Assembly: GCA_052145175.1 (NCBI GenBank)
Contig: JBKQPD010000157.1
Location: 1,658 to 65,657, forward strand
Origin: Candidatus Binataceae bacterium
GTDB lineage: Bacteria; Desulfobacterota; Binatia; Binatales; Binataceae
Direction: 5' to 3'
DNA length: 64,000 bases
Below the pieces are notes generated by a model. That model made no database searches, was not told where the DNA came from, and saw only the letters and a program-made list of their open reading frames with translations. Positions within the stretch are counted from its first letter, which is position 1. Each line of letters begins with the position of its first letter. Of this stretch, positions 1 through 8,622 are shown piece by piece. The position numbers and the translations under genes were made by a program.

Positions 1-125
1 AAGCGGGGCACGCGATCATCGATCGTTTCGTGACCGGGACCGGCCGCGAAGAGGAATTCCTCGCCGAGGCGCGCTGTCTGGCGCATTTCTTCTGGAAGGG
101 CTTCGACTCGATGATGCAAGTCTGA
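1..125 (+). CDS. 3' end of an unidentified CDS entering from upstream of the window
   Basis: Open frame from the window edge (codon phase of nt 3) ending at TGA 123-125, with strong G/C third-position bias. The 40 visible residues (..FFWKGFDSMMQV*) are not diagnostic. Confidence 0.35.
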   Translation, partial: AGHAIIDRFVTGTGREEEFLAEARCLAHFFWKGFDSMMQV

Positions 126-167
126 TCGCCGGTGGAACTCCGGTTCACGATGAACGATTGAGGTCCG

Positions 168-965
168 ATGTCGCGTAATCCGTACGCAGGGGTTGAACAC
201 GGCGCGCCCGGCACGATTGGCTGGCGGATTCACTATTTCGACGAGGTCGGCTCGACCCAGAAGGTCGCCGCGGAGATGGTCGAGGCGGGCGCCGCGCCGG
301 GGACGGTGGTGATCGCCGAGCAGCAGACGGCGGGGCGTGGACGGCTGGGCCGCTCGTGGCACTCGCCGCCGGGCTTGAACCTTTACGCGACCTTTATCCT
401 GCGGCCCCGGATGCCGATCACGGAGGTGCCCCGCCTGAGCCTCGTGGCGGGGGTGGCGGTGGCCGACACTCTCGCGACCGTGGCGCCCGGCATGGTCGCG
501 CTCAAGTGGCCGAACGACGTCTGGCTCAAGGGGCGCAAGGCGGGCGGGATAATCGCCGAGGCGATCGCGGATAGCGCGCAGAATCTGGTCTGTGTCCTGC
601 TCGGAATCGGGCTCAACCTCAATCTCGCCATCTACGATATCCCGGAAGAGCTGCGCGACAAGGCGACCTCGGTACGGATCGCGACGGGGCACCGCTGCGA
701 TCGGATCGCGATCGCCGCAACGCTTTTTAATCGATTAAACTCCCGCTATATGGAGGCAGAGGCGCAGGGCTTTGCCGCGATGCGCCCGGACTATGAGAGG
801 TACTTCGCGTTGACCGGAAAAAACGTCACGGTGAGTGACGGGACCACCCAGGTCAGCGGTTGCGTTACCGGAGTTGACGCCGAAGGTGCTCTGATGCTGG
901 AGACGAACCAGGGCGCACAGAGGATTCTGGCCGGCGAAGTGAGCGTCGCCGGCGCCTATGACTAG
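168..965 (+). CDS. birA: Biotin--[acetyl-CoA-carboxylase] ligase, group I (no N-terminal HTH)
   Basis: 265-aa ORF with the biotin-protein-ligase signature GRGRLGRSWHSPPG and KWPNDV. The length fits a catalytic-only BPL. Confidence 0.85.
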   Translation: MSRNPYAGVEHGAPGTIGWRIHYFDEVGSTQKVAAEMVEAGAAPGTVVIAEQQTAGRGRLGRSWHSPPGLNLYATFILRPRMPITEVPRLSLVAGVAVADTLATVAPGMVALKWPNDVWLKGRKAGGIIAEAIADSAQNLVCVLLGIGLNLNLAIYDIPEELRDKATSVRIATGHRCDRIAIAATLFNRLNSRYMEAEAQGFAAMRPDYERYFALTGKNVTVSDGTTQVSGCVTGVDAEGALMLETNQGAQRILAGEVSVAGAYD

Positions 966-1059
966 GAGATAGAGAGCGTGGTCGAAGCCGGCAGCCACCC
1001 CGAGTGGCTGCCGCGAAGAGACCTTGCGCAAAGCTTGATTATGTAAACGTTACAGCGAG

Positions 1060-3177
1060 GTGACAGATATGCCAGTGGAGGAAGTCGGACGGCTCAGAAC
1101 CATCGCGATTGTCGGCCAGGGCGGCACGGGCAAGACCCAGTTGGCCGAAGCGATACTCTTCACCGCCGGGGCGACCAACCGCCTCGGTCATCCTGACGAT
1201 GGTACGGCGCTGATGGATACGGAGCCCGAGGAGCTCAGCCGGCATATTTCGATCAGCTCGTCATTCCATCATCTCAACTGGAAAAAGACCGAAGTAATCC
1301 TCGCCAACACCCCCGGTTACACCGCTTTTCTCGCCGACAGCCTGGCGACCATGGATGTGGTCGACGGCGTGGTTTTTGTGGCCTCGGCGGGCGGCGACCT
1401 GAAGGTCGAATCGCAAAAGATCTTCGATCAGATCAACAAGCTGAATCTGCCCCATATCGCCTTTGTTTCGCGGCTCGATCGCGAGCGGATGAGCTTTGCC
1501 AAGGCGATGACGGATCTCGAAAAGGCGCTGGCGGCCAAACCGATCGCGCTGACCCTGCCGATCGGCGATGAACTCGCGTTCAACGGCGTGATCGACGTGC
1601 TCGCGATGAAGGCCCTCGTTCATAGCGACGCTTCGGGCAAGGCGAAAGAAGTCGATCTGAGCGGTGAACTCAAGACTCGCGCGGACGAAGCGCGCGCCAA
1701 GCTGTGCGAGGCGGTAGCGGAGACCGACGACGCCTTGCTCGAAAAATACCTCGAGCAGGGGGATCTTGACGAAAGCGATCTGCGGCCGGCGCTGCGCGCC
1801 GCCGTGGTCGCCGGCAAGCTGACGCCGGTATTCTGTGGCTCCGGCGCCAAGGATATCGGCGTCGGCCCGCTGCTCGACGCGATCACGACCTTGATGCCCG
1901 CACCCAACGAACGGCCGGCGATCAAGGGTCAAACCGCCGGCAACGGGATTGTCGAGCGCCCGTCCGATCCGGCCGCGCCCTTCTCGGCGTTCGTTTTCAA
2001 GACCGTGATCGATCCCTTCGCCGGCAAGCTTTCGATCTTCCGGGTGGTTTCCGGCACCGCGCATAGCGACGCGACGGTGCTCAATTCCACCCATTCGGCG
2101 AAGGAACGCCTGGGGCAACTGCTGCGCCTGGAGGGCAAGAAGCAGACCCCGCTGGCGGTCGCCTTACCTGGCGAGATCGTCGCCGTCGCCAAGCTCAAGG
2201 AGACCACTACTGGCGATACGCTCTGTGACGAGAAGGCAGTGATTACCTTTCCCGTCGCCGAGAAGCCCCATCCGGTCATCTCGTTCGCGATCCGGCCCAA
2301 AACCCGGGGTGACGAAGAAAAGGCGTCACAGGCACTGGCGCGCTTGATCGAAGAGGATCCGGCGCTGGAGACCCATCGCGACCCGCAAACCCATCAGATC
2401 ATACTGTCGGGGACGGGCCAGATGCATATCGAGGTCACGGTCGAAAAGTTAAAGCGGAAGTTTAACGTCGATGTCGAGTTGACCGCGCCCAAGGTTCCCT
2501 ACAAGGAGACCATCAAGGGGCGCGCCGAGGCGCAGGGCAAATACAAGCGGCAGTCCGGCGGGCGCGGTCAGTACGGCGATTGCTGGCTCCGGATCGAACC
2601 GCTGCCGCGGGGCGGTGGGTTCGAGTTCGTCGATCAGATCGTAGGCGGCTCGATTCCCCGGAATTTCATCCCGTCGGTCGAGAAGGGCGTGCGTAACACC
2701 CTGGTCGAGGGCTTCGTCGCGGGCAACCCGATGGTCGACGTCAAAGTCACCGTCTTTGACGGCAGTTACCACGACGTCGATTCGTCGGATATGGCGTTTC
2801 AAATCGCGGCCTCGATGGGCTTCAAGAACGCGCTCGAAAAGGCTAAGCCGATTTTGCTCGAACCGATTATGGCGCTTGACGTCACTTGTCCGGACGAGTG
2901 CATGGGCGACGTGATCGGCGACCTGAACTCGCGCCGCGGCCGCGTGCTCGGGATGGACTCGAAGGGCGGGGGCCAGGTGATCAAGGCGCTCGTGCCGATG
3001 TCTGAAATTCTCAAATACGCCCCCGATTTACGCTCGATCACCTCGGGTCGCGGCGGTTTTGACGCACATTTCTCGCACTACGACGAAGTTCCGGCGCCGA
3101 TCGCCGAAAAGGTTATCAAGGAGGCCCGCGAGGCCAAGGAGGCGAACGGGCAACACGCGCACGCCGCGACGCATTAA
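1060..3177 (+). CDS. Elongation factor G paralogue with divergent G-domain motifs
   Basis: 705 aa. EF-G domains II-V are recognisable (FVFKTVIDPFAGKLSIFRV, DGSYHDVDSSDMAFQIAASM, LLEPIM). P-loop GQGGTGKT is present, but G3 reads NTPGY (canonical DTPGH) and G4 reads SRLD (canonical NKMD). GTG start at 1060; alternative ATG at 1069. Confidence 0.8.
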   Translation: MTDMPVEEVGRLRTIAIVGQGGTGKTQLAEAILFTAGATNRLGHPDDGTALMDTEPEELSRHISISSSFHHLNWKKTEVILANTPGYTAFLADSLATMDVVDGVVFVASAGGDLKVESQKIFDQINKLNLPHIAFVSRLDRERMSFAKAMTDLEKALAAKPIALTLPIGDELAFNGVIDVLAMKALVHSDASGKAKEVDLSGELKTRADEARAKLCEAVAETDDALLEKYLEQGDLDESDLRPALRAAVVAGKLTPVFCGSGAKDIGVGPLLDAITTLMPAPNERPAIKGQTAGNGIVERPSDPAAPFSAFVFKTVIDPFAGKLSIFRVVSGTAHSDATVLNSTHSAKERLGQLLRLEGKKQTPLAVALPGEIVAVAKLKETTTGDTLCDEKAVITFPVAEKPHPVISFAIRPKTRGDEEKASQALARLIEEDPALETHRDPQTHQIILSGTGQMHIEVTVEKLKRKFNVDVELTAPKVPYKETIKGRAEAQGKYKRQSGGRGQYGDCWLRIEPLPRGGGFEFVDQIVGGSIPRNFIPSVEKGVRNTLVEGFVAGNPMVDVKVTVFDGSYHDVDSSDMAFQIAASMGFKNALEKAKPILLEPIMALDVTCPDECMGDVIGDLNSRRGRVLGMDSKGGGQVIKALVPMSEILKYAPDLRSITSGRGGFDAHFSHYDEVPAPIAEKVIKEAREAKEANGQHAHAATH

Positions 3178-3180
3178 CAC

Positions 3181-3265
3181 GCTAGCGGAGTGAGGCTCTG
3201 CGAACGGAGCGAGCACAGGGGGCGGCGGAGTCCGCGACGCGCGGCCGAATAAGAGTCTGCGAGGC
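3181..3265. repeat. Copy of a dispersed intergenic repeat family (core GCTAGCGGAG ... GGAGTCCGCGA ... GAGTCTGCGA)
   Basis: Shares the cores ctagcggag, gagcgagca and gagtc(c/t)gcga with intergenic segments at 29191-29305, 38471-38527 and (inverted) 54421-54472. Confidence 0.5.
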
Positions 3266-3334
3266 GTTATGAACAGGTAACGGCGGTAATCGCCCGGGGC
3301 GGCCTGGATTGCTAGAGTGGGGCCTGATGCAGCG

Positions 3335-3556
3335 ATGGCCCCGCTCGGTAAATCCTTAATCGCGATCGGCGCTCTGATCGCGATGGTCGGCTTGGTGCTG
3401 TGGGCCGGGGCGGGAGTCCCGTGGCTTAATCGCTTGGGCCGGCTGCCTGGTGATATCTACGTTCGACGCGGCAACTTCAGCTTCTACTTCCCCTTGACCA
3501 GCGCAATCATCGTGAGCGTCGTACTCTCCCTGTTGCTGGCCTGGCTGAGACGTTAG
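3335..3556 (+). CDS. DUF2905-family small membrane protein
   Basis: Two hydrophobic helices and the typical GDIYVRRGNFSFYFPLTSAIIVSVVLSLLL segment. ATG 3335 preferred over the in-frame GTG 3317. Confidence 0.7.
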   Translation: MAPLGKSLIAIGALIAMVGLVLWAGAGVPWLNRLGRLPGDIYVRRGNFSFYFPLTSAIIVSVVLSLLLAWLRR

Positions 3557-3558
3557 CG

Positions 3559-5796
3559 ATGGCGGAAACAATCGACGATCAGTTGAGAAGCGTCGAGATG
3601 AAGCGGCGGCGGCGCGAGCTGATCGCGGTCGCGATCGCGAGCGTCACGCTCATCGCCTTCGTCCTGGCGCAGACCACGCTGCCGCCCCTCAGTTCGCACA
3701 CTTCGCTCGTGTCGAACCTCGTCGTTATCCTGCTGTTCGACCTGAGCTTCATCCTGCTGGGCCTGATGCTCATTCTGGTCGGGCGCAATCTCGCCAAGGC
3801 GTTCTTCGAGCATCGGCGCGGCCTGATCGGGTCGAAACTGCAGGCCCGGCTGGTCTTCGGTTTCAGCGCCGTCGCGCTGGTCCCCAGTGTCTTTCTGCTC
3901 TACGTCTCGGGCACCTTTCTGCGCGCCGATATCGACGCCTGGTTCAACCCGGAATACGAGCGCGTGCTGGACGATTCGCTGGAAATCGCGAAGGTCTACT
4001 ATCTGAATTCGGCCAACAATGCGGCGCATTTCGCGCGTGTCCTGGCTGGGCTGGTGGCGCAAAAGGATCTGCTGGGTCCGGACAAGCGCGACGAATTACG
4101 CAAATTTATCGAAAAGTCGCAGCAAGAGGACAATCTTGGCACGGTCGAGATTTTTTCCGCCAATCATAAGCTGATTATGCTCGTGCTGAGCCCGCGGACG
4201 CCGACCGGTATCGGCGTCTCACCCGACTCCGAGATGGTTGCAATGACCCTCAAAGGCCACGGCGAGACCAAGACCGATCGCTTCGGCAAATCGGACGTGA
4301 TTCGCGGCAGCTCGCCGATCTACCTCTCGCGCGATTCCGACCAGGTCGCCGGCGCGATCGTCGTCGACTACTACCTGCCGCGCAGCCTGGCGGATCGCGC
4401 CGCCGGTATCTCGCGCAGCGCGCAGGAGTACTTCCAATTGCGTATCCTCCGGCAGCCGATCATGCACAGCTATATTCTGGCGCTGGTGCTGATTGGACTC
4501 GCCGTGGTGCTGCTGGCGAGCTGGTTCGGGATGTATATCGCACGCGGCATCACCACGCCGATCAAGTTGCTTGCGCAGGGGACGCAGAGTATCGCGGCCG
4601 GCGACCTGAACGTGAAGATTCCGATGGTCGGTGACGACGAAATCGGCCGCCTGATCGGGTCATTCAATGCGATGACCGCCGACCTGCGCGCGTCGCGCGC
4701 CGAGATCGAGCAACGCCGCCGCTATACCGAAACCCTGCTGCGTAATGTTTCCGCCGGCGTGGTCGGGCTCGACGCCGCGCAACGTATCACCGCGATCAAT
4801 CCGTGCGCCGAGCGGATGCTGGCGTTGCGGGCCAACGAGGTGCTCGGCTACCCGTATAATCGTTGCTTCCGGCCGGCCCTGGCGCATCTTTTGGAAGAGC
4901 ATCTCGAAGACGGCCAGGGGCGACGCGAGACCCGCTTTCCGCTCAAGCTCGAGGTCGGGGGCGCCGAAACCGACCTGATGGTCACGGCTACGCCGCTTGG
5001 CTCGGAGAGCGAGCACGAAAGCCATGGGAACCTTGGGTGGGTGCTGTTCTTCGAGGACGTCAGCCAGTTGGCCAAGGTTGAGCGGATGGAGGCGTGGCGC
5101 GAAGTCGCGCGCCGGATCGCGCACGAGATCAAAAACCCGCTGACCCCGATCCAGCTCTCCGCCGAACGGTTGCGCCGCCAACTGGCGCCCCGTGCGGACG
5201 GCGACGCCCGCCTGCTCGACGAGTGCACCCGCACAATCATTGGCGAAGTGGAGGATCTGAAGCGGCTCGTCAACGAGTTCTCAGCCTTCGCCCGGATGCC
5301 GCAATTGAACCCGGTCCCGGGCGATCTCAATCCGCTCGCGGAGGAGGCGCTCAACAACTTCCGCGGCGCGTTTCCGGCGGTCGCTTTCAGCCTGACGCTG
5401 GCGCCCGGCCTGCCGACCGTCGCGATTGATCGCGAGGCGCTCAAGCGCGCGATGGTCAATTTGCTCGATAATGCGGTGGCCGCCGCGACCAGTATCGAGC
5501 ACAACGGCGAGGGTCCCGCGGTCAGTCTCGCGACCCAACTGGATGCCGCCAGCGGTATCGTGAAGCTGGAAGTGGCCGATAATGGCCCCGGGATTGACGC
5601 ACGGCTGCGCACCCGAATTTTCGAGCCGTATTTCTCGACCAAGAAGGGCGGTACGGGCCTCGGTCTCGCGATCGTCGCGGCGATCGTAACCGACCATCAT
5701 GGGTTCGTCCGCGTGCATGATCGCTGGCCTCACGGTAGTAGATTTGTGCTCGAATTTCCGATAAAAAACGAGCTTATACCGCAAGTTTCCGCCTGA
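3559..5796 (+). CDS. ntrY: NtrY-type sensor histidine kinase (TM segments, HAMP, PAS, HisKA, HATPase_c)
   Basis: 745 aa. N-terminal multi-TM region, HAMP (IAAGDLNVKIPMVGDDEIGRLIGSFNAMTADL), H-box HEIKNPLTPIQLSAERL, N-box LLDNAV, G-boxes DNGPGI and GGTGLGLAIV. Confidence 0.8.
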   Translation: MAETIDDQLRSVEMKRRRRELIAVAIASVTLIAFVLAQTTLPPLSSHTSLVSNLVVILLFDLSFILLGLMLILVGRNLAKAFFEHRRGLIGSKLQARLVFGFSAVALVPSVFLLYVSGTFLRADIDAWFNPEYERVLDDSLEIAKVYYLNSANNAAHFARVLAGLVAQKDLLGPDKRDELRKFIEKSQQEDNLGTVEIFSANHKLIMLVLSPRTPTGIGVSPDSEMVAMTLKGHGETKTDRFGKSDVIRGSSPIYLSRDSDQVAGAIVVDYYLPRSLADRAAGISRSAQEYFQLRILRQPIMHSYILALVLIGLAVVLLASWFGMYIARGITTPIKLLAQGTQSIAAGDLNVKIPMVGDDEIGRLIGSFNAMTADLRASRAEIEQRRRYTETLLRNVSAGVVGLDAAQRITAINPCAERMLALRANEVLGYPYNRCFRPALAHLLEEHLEDGQGRRETRFPLKLEVGGAETDLMVTATPLGSESEHESHGNLGWVLFFEDVSQLAKVERMEAWREVARRIAHEIKNPLTPIQLSAERLRRQLAPRADGDARLLDECTRTIIGEVEDLKRLVNEFSAFARMPQLNPVPGDLNPLAEEALNNFRGAFPAVAFSLTLAPGLPTVAIDREALKRAMVNLLDNAVAAATSIEHNGEGPAVSLATQLDAASGIVKLEVADNGPGIDARLRTRIFEPYFSTKKGGTGLGLAIVAAIVTDHHGFVRVHDRWPHGSRFVLEFPIKNELIPQVSA

Positions 5797-5844
5797 TTAC
5801 GGTGGTTGGCGCCGCCAGATTCACAGGTGTAACTAAAAGGCATA

Positions 5845-7137
5845 TTGAGCCAGGAAGGCTTGGAGGCGACAGCGATAGTGAACGAGACCGTTTTGGTGGT
5901 GGACGATGAGGAGCGGATTCGGTCGTCAATTCGCGGCATCCTGAGCGACGAAGGCTACCGGGTACTCGATACTGGCGACGCTCCACGCGCGATGGAGATT
6001 ATCGCGCAGGAGAACCCGGCGCTGGTGTTGCTCGACGTCTGGATGCCGGGCCTCGACGGTATCGAGCTGTTGCGTCAAATCAAACACGACAGTCCGCGCA
6101 CGCCGGTGATCATGATCTCCGGTCACGCGAATATCCAGAACGCGGTCGCCGCCACCCGGCTAGGCGCCGCCGATTTCCTCGAAAAACCTTTCTCGGTCAG
6201 CGGTCTGCTGGCGGCACTCGACCGCGTACTGGCGGGCGAGAGCGGTGGCACCGGAGCACCGGCCAGAGCGCTGAACGGCGCCGGGAACGGTGCGTCGCGC
6301 AAGGCGCCCAGCACGATCAGCCGTGTTCAGCGCACGGTTGCCCAATCGCTCGTAATCGGTGGGCAAGGGCTGCACTCAGGGCTCAAGAGCGGCGTCATCC
6401 TCCATCCCGCGCCGCCCGGGAGCGGAATCGTCTTCTCCTCGCTGGCCGATCACTCCGCGATCGGGGCGCGCCTCGAAAACGTCACCGAGACCGGCTACAA
6501 CACCACGTTGAGCGGCGGTGGCCATTCGATTCGCACCGTCGAGCATCTGATGTCGGCGTTCCACGGCCTCGGGATCACCAACGTGCTGGTGAAAACCGAT
6601 GATGAAGTGCCGGCGTTGGACGGTTCGGCCCTCGAGTTCTGCCGCCATCTACGCGAGGCCGGAATCAAGGATCAATTCGCGCGCATCGAGCCGATCAGCG
6701 TAACCCGCACGCTCCATGCCGGCGCCCGCGGCGAGGCTATCCGGATCGAGCCAGCGGACCGGCTGATCATCGAATACACGCTCGACTACCCCGCCCCGAT
6801 CGGCGTTCAGCACTTTCACTTTGAACTGGACTCGCCTGAGAGTTATGAACGCGAGGTCGCCCCGGCGCGGACCTTCGGCTTCGTCAGCGAATTCCATAAG
6901 CTGGCCGCGATGGGCCTGGCGCGCGGCGGCCGGCTCGACAATCTGATTCTGGTCGACGACGAAAAAGTGGTGAATACGTCGTTGCGCTTTCCCGACGAGT
7001 TCGCGCGCCACAAGGTCCTCGACCTGATGGGTGATCTCTATCTCTTGGGACGCCCGCTGGTCGGTCATATCACCGCGTCGAAAACCGGGCACTCGGACAA
7101 TCTGGCGTTGCTGCGGACCATCGCGGCAACTTTATAG
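5845..7137 (+). CDS. lpxC: Fusion protein: response-regulator receiver domain plus UDP-3-O-acyl-N-acetylglucosamine deacetylase (LpxC)
   Basis: aa ~12-120 form a CheY-like REC domain (VLVVDDEE, phospho-acceptor LLDVWMPGLDG, ISGH, EKPF). A Gly/Ala-rich linker follows. aa ~161-430 align with LpxC from its first residues (QRTV..GQGLHSGL; TVEHLMSAFHGLGI; EVPALDGSA; FARHKVLDLMGDL; KTGHSDN). Start is uncertain: TTG 5845 or GTG 5878. Confidence 0.85.
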   Translation: MSQEGLEATAIVNETVLVVDDEERIRSSIRGILSDEGYRVLDTGDAPRAMEIIAQENPALVLLDVWMPGLDGIELLRQIKHDSPRTPVIMISGHANIQNAVAATRLGAADFLEKPFSVSGLLAALDRVLAGESGGTGAPARALNGAGNGASRKAPSTISRVQRTVAQSLVIGGQGLHSGLKSGVILHPAPPGSGIVFSSLADHSAIGARLENVTETGYNTTLSGGGHSIRTVEHLMSAFHGLGITNVLVKTDDEVPALDGSALEFCRHLREAGIKDQFARIEPISVTRTLHAGARGEAIRIEPADRLIIEYTLDYPAPIGVQHFHFELDSPESYEREVAPARTFGFVSEFHKLAAMGLARGGRLDNLILVDDEKVVNTSLRFPDEFARHKVLDLMGDLYLLGRPLVGHITASKTGHSDNLALLRTIAATL

Positions 7138-7153
7138 GCGAGCCTTCCGCGTC

Positions 7154-7888
7154 ATGGAACTCAAGGGGCGCGTCGCGCTCGTCACGGGTGCCGGCAAGCG
7201 GGTAGGGCGCGCGATCGCGATGGCGCTGGCCGAACGCGGCACGACGATCGCGATTCATTACCGCAGCTCGCGGACCGAAGCCGAGGAAGGCGTTGCGCGA
7301 ATAACCGCGCAGGGCGGTCGCGCCCAAACCTTCGCCGCCGATCTCGAGAACGTCGCGGCAATCGAACAGATGGTCGCCCAGGTGCTCGCGGCTTTCGGGC
7401 GAATCGACGTTCTGGTAAATTGCGCGTCGGTTTTTTATCGCAAGCCGCTCGAGGAGCTGACCGAGCATGACTGGGACGTCAACCTCGACACCAATCTGAA
7501 GGCGCCGTTCTTTCTCGCGAAGTTCGCCGGGGCCGCGATGCGCCGTCAGGGCGCGGGTAAGATCGTCAATATCGGTGACTGGGCGGGTATCCGGCCGTAC
7601 AACAATTATTTGCCGTATACCGTTTCAAAGGCCGGGCTCATCGGACTCACCCGGGCGCTGGCCAAGGCGCTGGCGCCCCAGGTACAGGTCAACTGTGTCG
7701 CACTGGGTCCCGTGATGCCGCCGGAGGATTACGACGCAGCCGAGATCGAGCGTCTCAAGCAGGCGACTTTGACCAAGACCCTCGGGTCGCCGGAGGAGGT
7801 CGCGCGCGCGGTGCTGTACCTCTGCGAGGGTACGGACTTCGCGACCGGCTCGACCCTGATGCTGGACGGCGGCCGACTGCTTAACTGA
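7154..7888 (+). CDS. SDR-family oxidoreductase (pteridine reductase/FolM-like)
   Basis: MELKGRVALVTGAGKRVGRAIA Rossmann motif, NCAS, and catalytic YTVSKAG (YxxxK). Start placed at ATG 7154; the upstream in-frame extension overlaps lpxC. Confidence 0.75.
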   Translation: MELKGRVALVTGAGKRVGRAIAMALAERGTTIAIHYRSSRTEAEEGVARITAQGGRAQTFAADLENVAAIEQMVAQVLAAFGRIDVLVNCASVFYRKPLEELTEHDWDVNLDTNLKAPFFLAKFAGAAMRRQGAGKIVNIGDWAGIRPYNNYLPYTVSKAGLIGLTRALAKALAPQVQVNCVALGPVMPPEDYDAAEIERLKQATLTKTLGSPEEVARAVLYLCEGTDFATGSTLMLDGGRLLN

Positions 7889-7896
7889 GTGACCGC

Positions 7897-8622
7897 GTGA
7901 TGCGTATGGCGTCCCATCCAGAAGCCGCGGACCGCGACTACGCGATCAAGGCCGATCCGGACCTGATCGCAATCCTGGCGAGTGGCGGGCTCGACAGCTC
8001 GGTGATGCTGGGCTGGGTCGCGCGCACCGGACGCCGGGTTTTTCCCGTCTATATTCGCGCTGGACTCACCTGGGAAAAGGATGAACTGCGCACGCTGAAG
8101 CGCTTTGTCCGCGCGCTCGGGATGGACAATGTGGAACCGGTGACCGCGCTTGAATTGCCGATGGGCGATTTGGCCGGCGATCACTGGAGCATGACCGGGC
8201 GCAACGTGCCGGGCTATCGCGCCGCGCTTTCCTCCAACTACATCCTCGGGCGCAACCTGACTCTGCTCAGCAAGGCCGCCGTCTTCTGCGCGCGGCATGC
8301 GATCGGCGAGATTGCGATGGCGCCGCTCGAAAGTAATCCCTTTCCGGATGCGCGTCCGGAATTCTTTCGGGCGTTCGCCCGGGCGGTCGAAATCGGCGTG
8401 GGACTTAAGCTCAAGGTGCGGACACCCTTCGCCGGGTTGACCAAGGCGGATGTTGTAAAACGCGGCGCCGGGATGCCGCTGGCGCTGACGGTTTCGTGCG
8501 CGCGCCCCACCAAAGGCAACCTGCACTGTGGGGCGTGCACCAAATGCGCCGAGCGGGTCGAGGGCTTTGCGGCCGCTGGCGTCCCCGATCCGACGCCCTA
8601 CGCCCGCCGCCCGGGAAAATAG
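7897..8622 (+). CDS. QueC-like PP-loop ATPase (7-cyano-7-deazaguanine synthase family, divergent)
   Basis: SGGLDSSV PP-loop, NYILGRN (like YVPxRN), and a C-terminal Cys cluster SC..x..CGACTKCAER typical of the QueC zinc site. The central DYSGYPDC region is not conserved. Confidence 0.55.
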   Translation: MMRMASHPEAADRDYAIKADPDLIAILASGGLDSSVMLGWVARTGRRVFPVYIRAGLTWEKDELRTLKRFVRALGMDNVEPVTALELPMGDLAGDHWSMTGRNVPGYRAALSSNYILGRNLTLLSKAAVFCARHAIGEIAMAPLESNPFPDARPEFFRAFARAVEIGVGLKLKVRTPFAGLTKADVVKRGAGMPLALTVSCARPTKGNLHCGACTKCAERVEGFAAAGVPDPTPYARRPGK

